Shown: positions 58,865-64,000 of the stretch, piece by piece
How positions within the stretch are numbered: the first letter of the stretch is position 1
Layout: every line of letters begins with the position of its first letter
NCBI GenBank assembly: GCA_021776635.1
Contig: JAJFFN010000038.1
Span: 87,990-151,989, forward strand
Reading direction: 5' to 3'
DNA: 64,000 nucleotides
Origin: Robiginitomaculum sp.
GTDB lineage: Bacteria > Pseudomonadota > Alphaproteobacteria > Caulobacterales > Maricaulaceae
The notes under the pieces: generated by a model
Told to the model about the DNA's origin: nothing
What the model saw: the letters and a program-made list of their open reading frames with translations, nothing else
Database searches by the model: none
Program-made: the position numbers and the translations under genes

Positions 58865-60040
58865 ATGACATTACAAATGCCGACCGTTAAACCGGTCGAT
58901 GGGCGATTTTCGCCGGGTCCATCACGAAAACGTCCGGGCTGGACACCGGATTTCCTCAAAAATGCGGCGCTTGGTCGCTCTCATCGAAGCCCTTTGGGTA
59001 AGCAAGTTCTTAAGGAAGTTATAGACCTTACACGCGAAGTACTTGAGGTGCCAGATACACACCGGATAGCCATCGTGCCTGCATCGGATACCGGCGCTGT
59101 TGAAATGGCCATGTGGTCGATGCTGGGGGCGTGCGGCGTTGACGTGGCGGCGTGGGAGAACTTTGGCTATGCTTGGATTACCGATGCAAAGAGCCAATTG
59201 CCGCTTAATGACCTTAGAATTTTTAAAGCCGGGTACGGCGAACTGCCTGATTTGTCGCAATATACTGGCGACAGAGATTTGGTGTTTACCTGGAACGGCA
59301 CAACGGGCGGCGCACGTGTGCCCAATGCTGATTTCATTCCTGAGGACCGGGAAGGCATTACGATATGTGATGCGACTTCCGCCGCTTTTGCGCAAGAACT
59401 GCCTTGGGATAAATTGGATGTCGTAACCTATTCGTGGCAGAAAAATATGGGCGGGGAAGCTGGTCATGGCATGCTTATTTTATCGCCGCGTGCCGTAGAG
59501 CGTCTTGAGAACTATACCCCGCCTTGGCCGCTGCCTAAGATTTTTCGCATGACGAAAAATGGCAAGCTTAATGAAGCTTTGTTTGAAGGTTCGACCCTCA
59601 ACACACCGTCTTTGATGTGCGCCGAAGATCATATAGAAAGCCTGAAATGGGTAAGAGAGCAAGGCGGCCAAAAAGGTGGTCTTAGCTGGATGCACGACCG
59701 TGCAGACGCCAATTTTAAAATATTGCAAGACTGGATGGACAAGACGCCTTGGATTGAAAATCTGTGTGCAGTACCAGAGCGGCGCTCTAACACGGGTGTG
59801 TGTATGAAAATTGTTGACCCGCGCTTTACGGCTTTATCGCCAGAAGAACAATCAGATTTTGCTTCAAGTATCGTAAAAATGATCAGCGCAGAAGATGCGG
59901 CCTATGATTTTGGCTCTTACCGTACCGCACCTCCAGGTTTTCGGGTATGGGCGTCTGGATTAATAGAACCAAAAGATATCGAAAATTTAATCCCGTGGCT
60001 GGAATGGGGTTTTGAGACTCAGTGCGCCGCTACGTTCTAA
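58865..60040 (+). CDS. serC: Phosphoserine aminotransferase
   Basis: GRSHRS, ASDTGAVEMAMW, WNGTT, DATSAAF, SWQK. Confidence 0.96.
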   Translation: MTLQMPTVKPVDGRFSPGPSRKRPGWTPDFLKNAALGRSHRSPLGKQVLKEVIDLTREVLEVPDTHRIAIVPASDTGAVEMAMWSMLGACGVDVAAWENFGYAWITDAKSQLPLNDLRIFKAGYGELPDLSQYTGDRDLVFTWNGTTGGARVPNADFIPEDREGITICDATSAAFAQELPWDKLDVVTYSWQKNMGGEAGHGMLILSPRAVERLENYTPPWPLPKIFRMTKNGKLNEALFEGSTLNTPSLMCAEDHIESLKWVREQGGQKGGLSWMHDRADANFKILQDWMDKTPWIENLCAVPERRSNTGVCMKIVDPRFTALSPEEQSDFASSIVKMISAEDAAYDFGSYRTAPPGFRVWASGLIEPKDIENLIPWLEWGFETQCAATF

Positions 60041-60121
60041 AGAGAATAATTACAATATATATTTTTCATGAAGCACGTCGGAAACGAAGTGACCAACTGG
60101 AAAACAAAAAAGGAGGAACGC

Positions 60122-61696
60122 ATGCCTAGAGTTCTTATTTCTGACAAAATGTCAGATGAAGCCAGACGTGTATTTAAAAACAGAGGTGTTGATGTTGATG
60201 TCATCACCGGACTATCCAAAGAAGAACTGATTAAAATTATCCCAGAATATGACGGTTTAGCCGTCCGTTCTGCTAGCAAGCCGGACGCAGATGTGATTGC
60301 GGCTGCGACCAATTTGAAAGTCATTGGCCGTGCAGGCATTGGCACGGATAACATCGATAAAAAAGCAGCGACGGCGCACGGTGTTGTTGTGATGAACACA
60401 CCATTTGGAAATGCGATTACCACCGCTGAACATGCGCTTGCATTGTTGTTGTCTTGTGCCAGGCAAATTCCTGCGGCGTCTAACCGTACGCAGTTGGGGG
60501 AATGGCCTAAATCCGATTTTAAAGGTATTGAACTCTATAATAAAACCCTTGGTATTGTTGGTTGTGGTAATATTGGTGCATTGGTCGCGGAACGTGCTTT
60601 GGCACTTAAGATGAAGGTTATTGCATTTGACCCTTATTTGACACCTGAACGCGCCGTAGATCTAGGCGTAGAAAAGGTCGAGCTGGAAGATATTTTTAAG
60701 CAAGCTGATGCCATTACATTACATACGCCGCTTACAGACGCAACACGCGGCATCGTCAACCGTGAAGCTTTGGCCATGACGAAACCGGGGTTGATATTGG
60801 TCAATGCCGCCCGTGGTGGTTTGGTTGATGAGGTTGCGCTCAAAGAATACTTGCAAAGCGGTCATATTCGCGCTGCGGCTTTGGATGTTTTTGCGGTTGA
60901 ACCGGCTGTTGATAATGGTTTGTTTGGGTGCAAAAACTTCATAGCTACGCCGCATTTGGGCGCATCTACTTTGGAAGCTCAGGAAAATGTTGCCGTGCAG
61001 GTCGCCGAGCAAATGGCAGATTATTTACTGTCAGGTGCCGTTACCAACGCTCTCAATATGCCGTCAATAAGTGCGAAAGAAGCGCCGCGCCTAAAGCCGT
61101 TTGTAAGCTTGGCCGAAAAATTAGGGGCCTTGACGGGGCAACTCTTTGAAGACCCGATCAAGAGCGTTGAGTTTTGCTATATGGGTGATGTTGCCTCTCT
61201 AAGTACCAAACCAATGACCGCTGCTGCACTCGCGGGATTATTGTCCCCGATGATTAGCGAAGTGAATATGGTGTCTGCACCCGCTATTGCCGCAGACAGA
61301 GGCATTGATATAAAAGAATCAATCCGCGATAATGCGGAAAATCATGATAATTTAATCAAATTAATCATCCATCTTGAAGATCGTACTTTGGAAGTTGCCG
61401 GTACATTATACGGCGGGGAACCGCGCTTGCAAAACTTGTTCGGCGTTAAGATGGACGCAGAGTTTGCTGAAAACATGCTCTATGTCCGCAATGAAGACAA
61501 ACCTGGATTTATTGGTGCGCTTGGGGCTTTGCTTGGTAATAACAGTGTGAATATCGCAACGTTTTTCTTAGGCCGCGACGAACAAGGCGGGCGCGCCCTT
61601 TGCCTGGTTTCAGTTGATGAACAGGTAAATCCGGATATTGAGCAAGCCGTCAAAAATATTGGGCAGGTGAAATTTGCTAAAGCATTGAATTTTTAA
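60122..61696 (+). CDS. serA: D-3-phosphoglycerate dehydrogenase
   Basis: GRAGIG.DNID, GCGNIG, NAARGGLVDE, TPHLGAST, C-terminal ACT. Confidence 0.97.
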   Translation: MPRVLISDKMSDEARRVFKNRGVDVDVITGLSKEELIKIIPEYDGLAVRSASKPDADVIAAATNLKVIGRAGIGTDNIDKKAATAHGVVVMNTPFGNAITTAEHALALLLSCARQIPAASNRTQLGEWPKSDFKGIELYNKTLGIVGCGNIGALVAERALALKMKVIAFDPYLTPERAVDLGVEKVELEDIFKQADAITLHTPLTDATRGIVNREALAMTKPGLILVNAARGGLVDEVALKEYLQSGHIRAAALDVFAVEPAVDNGLFGCKNFIATPHLGASTLEAQENVAVQVAEQMADYLLSGAVTNALNMPSISAKEAPRLKPFVSLAEKLGALTGQLFEDPIKSVEFCYMGDVASLSTKPMTAAALAGLLSPMISEVNMVSAPAIAADRGIDIKESIRDNAENHDNLIKLIIHLEDRTLEVAGTLYGGEPRLQNLFGVKMDAEFAENMLYVRNEDKPGFIGALGALLGNNSVNIATFFLGRDEQGGRALCLVSVDEQVNPDIEQAVKNIGQVKFAKALNF

Positions 61697-61785
61697 ATCA
61701 TTAAATTTCTTAAATTTGAAATTATGCCTACGCAATTCAAAATTCTTATGTTAGGGCGTATACGAACATATTACAGGGATTTGTT

Positions 61786-62391
61786 GTGAATAAATTATTA
61801 TTATCAGCCGCAGTGTTTTGCGGATTGTCTGGCTTGTGCGCAATTTCGGTACAAGCCGATGAAATAAGATTGGGTATCATGGTGCATGATGCCCAGTTTT
61901 TTGAGGACATCATTTTTGGTGGCCGTCATGGTAAGGAGCAAAGTATTTCAGTAACCGCAGAATATGCTTTTGACAGTCCTGAATGGCTTTCGTGGGCAAT
62001 GAGCCCTATGCCCTATGTTGGTGGTTCCTTAAATTTAGGTGGCAAGACATCGCACGGTGGGGCAGGTCTGCTATGGCGCTATGATATTTTTAATAATGTC
62101 TATTTTGATATTGGTTCGGGTTTGGTAATACATGATGGTGCCGTTCGTACGCCGGACCCGCTTAGTAGTACGGATCCTATCGTTGTGTCAGAACTGCGCC
62201 GCCGCAAATTTACGGAAATAGAATTTGGGTCTCGGGTTTTGTTTCGCAATCAATTTGCTTTAGGATATAGGCTGAATGACAAATGGTCGAGTGAGATTAC
62301 CTTTGAACATCTAAGTCACGGTCAAATATTGGGTGGGCCAGAAAATGAAGGCAGTAACAATGTCGGCGTTCGTGTCGCCCGAAGATTTTAA
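61786..62391 (+). CDS. PagL-like lipid A deacylase / acyloxyacyl hydrolase family beta-barrel
   Basis: Signal peptide, FGSRVLFR, EHLSHG...NEG, terminal Phe. Confidence 0.8.
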   Translation: MNKLLLSAAVFCGLSGLCAISVQADEIRLGIMVHDAQFFEDIIFGGRHGKEQSISVTAEYAFDSPEWLSWAMSPMPYVGGSLNLGGKTSHGGAGLLWRYDIFNNVYFDIGSGLVIHDGAVRTPDPLSSTDPIVVSELRRRKFTEIEFGSRVLFRNQFALGYRLNDKWSSEITFEHLSHGQILGGPENEGSNNVGVRVARRF

Positions 62392-62443
62392 TGTAAATTT
62401 TAAAGACAATTTTATACACAGAAAATAAACAAAGGATGCTTGC

Positions 62444-63736
62444 GTGGCAAATGTAGTGGTTGTTGGCTCTCAATGGGGTGATGAGGGCAAGGGAAAAATT
62501 GTTGATTGGCTTTCAAGTCGTGCAGATGTTGTCGCCCGCTTTCAAGGTGGTCACAACGCCGGTCATACTCTGGTCATAGACGGTAAGGTTTATAAATTAT
62601 CCCTCTTGCCATCCGGTGTCGTTCGCGGCGGAAAATTATCCGTTGTCGGTAATGGTGTTGTCGTTGATCCATGGGCGCTGATAGACGAAATGGCGCGTAT
62701 CCGTGAGCAAGGCGTAAAGATTTCGCCCAAAGATTTGATGATCTCTGAAACGGCGACATTAATTCTGCCTATTCATGGGGAGTTGGATGCTATTCGCGAG
62801 AACCGCACTGACGGCATAAAAATTGGTACAACAAAGCGCGGCATAGGGCCGGCCTATGAAGACAAAGTCGCTAGGCGCGCTATCCGCGTTTGTGATTTGG
62901 CGGATGTTGAAGGCTTGACTGCACGTGTTGAAAATTTACTGCACCACCATAATGCGCTCCGTAAAGGCTTAGGTCATTCTCCTGCAAATGTCGAGGAATT
63001 GACACAAAAACTTTTGGATATTGCTCCAAAAATTTTACCATTTATGGGCCCAGTTTGGCACGAGCTTGACAAAGCGTCACGCGCGGACAAACGCATTTTA
63101 TTTGAAGGTGCCCAAGGTGCCATGCTCGATATTGACCACGGAACATATCCGTTCGTCACATCATCCAACACCATTGCCGGACAGGCGGCGGGTGGTTCTG
63201 GTATGGGGCCAAAGGCGCTTTCCTATGTGCTCGGCATTACCAAAGCTTACACAACCCGGGTGGGTGAGGGGCCGTTCCCAACAGAATTATTTGATGATGT
63301 TGGCCAAGGCCTTGGTGAGCGGGGCCATGAATTTGGCACGGTTACAGGCCGTGCACGTCGCTGTGGTTGGTTTGATGCAGTGATGGTAAAACAAGCCGTC
63401 ACCATTGGCGGTATTGACGGGATTGCGCTCACTAAAATAGATGTACTCGACGGCATGCCTGAGATTAAAATCTGCGTGGGCTACAAACTCGGTGATAAAC
63501 GCCTGCGCCGCTTTCCGGCCAGCGCCGCCGACCAAGCCGCAGTCAAGCCGGTCTACGAGACTATGGAAGGCTGGAGCGACACAACGGTAGGTGCCCGCAC
63601 CACAGCCGACCTCCCGGCCCAAGCCATAAAATATATCCGTAGGTTGGAGGAGCTGATTGGTGTTCCAGCTGCGTTGATTTCGACGTCACCGGAACGCGAA
63701 GACACGATTTTGATGCGCGACCCTTTTAAGGCTTAG
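62444..63736 (+). CDS. purA: Adenylosuccinate synthetase
   Basis: [36 protein letters not shown]. Confidence 0.98.
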   Translation: MANVVVVGSQWGDEGKGKIVDWLSSRADVVARFQGGHNAGHTLVIDGKVYKLSLLPSGVVRGGKLSVVGNGVVVDPWALIDEMARIREQGVKISPKDLMISETATLILPIHGELDAIRENRTDGIKIGTTKRGIGPAYEDKVARRAIRVCDLADVEGLTARVENLLHHHNALRKGLGHSPANVEELTQKLLDIAPKILPFMGPVWHELDKASRADKRILFEGAQGAMLDIDHGTYPFVTSSNTIAGQAAGGSGMGPKALSYVLGITKAYTTRVGEGPFPTELFDDVGQGLGERGHEFGTVTGRARRCGWFDAVMVKQAVTIGGIDGIALTKIDVLDGMPEIKICVGYKLGDKRLRRFPASAADQAAVKPVYETMEGWSDTTVGARTTADLPAQAIKYIRRLEELIGVPAALISTSPEREDTILMRDPFKA

Positions 63737-63748
63737 GGTAACCCCTAA

Positions 63749-63880
63749 TGCCGCTCATTCCCTGCGACCGCAGGAAGTCCCTCTTGGGGAAAGCGGGAAT
63801 CCAGTCCCTTATCAAAAATGTGCGGGCTTTGCCCGCTCTTTATTCGCTGGGTACCGAGTCGTGGCTGGGTATGAGCGGCA
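63749..63880. repeat. CCGCTCA-tagged REP doublet, same architecture as 657-748
   Basis: tgccgctcattccc...gggaatcca ... tgggtacc...ggtatgagcggca; terminal inverted repeat tgccgctcat/atgagcggca. Confidence 0.8.
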
Positions 63881-64000
63881 ATAAAAGGTGACTATCACAG
63901 ACTCTCACAAATGAGTTAGCTCTTGTGGGTGGATTGTGGCTTGCTCATTTGTCGCCATTTGCTTAGCATATAGCAAATGTTTGAAGGTTATTATTATGGA

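Overview
A gene-dense chromosomal segment of an alphaproteobacterium, with GC in the mid-40s by eye. Gene order and protein style suggest a Caulobacterales/Maricaulales-like lineage (inference only). Most of the window is housekeeping: nadA, a FabH-like KAS III, tag, ygfZ, rpmG (missing from the ORF track), rnr, topA, ruvX, proC, an OmpR/EnvZ-like pair, ilvE, pgsA, uvrC, folB, ruvCAB, ybgC-tolQRAB-pal-cpoB, tilS, ftsH, folP, thiD, serC, serA and purA. Accessory and unusual elements are: (1) a small GIY-YIG nuclease gene bracketed by near-perfect inverted palindromic REP-like repeats, with a LexA box over its start codon, a nuclease-free REP doublet beside it and a related doublet 63 kb away, which is a candidate REP/nuclease mobile system; (2) a complete four-gene bufferin-type RiPP metallophore cluster (DUF2282 precursor, MNIO/DUF692, DUF2063, DoxX) with an extended precursor; (3) a SieB-like gene broken by one in-frame TAG; (4) a PemK/MazF-like toxin with a small unrecognised partner; (5) a 261-bp MITE with a CTAA duplication and two remnants; (6) a candidate sRNA with CU-rich loops whose terminator tail is repeated seven times; (7) a decayed P-II (glnB/glnK) and porin remnant; (8) a degenerate pgsA paralogue; (9) a 604-aa Cys-rich secreted orphan. 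No rRNA, tRNA, CRISPR array, integrase or transposase was recognised. All family calls come from motif recognition by eye, not from database searches.
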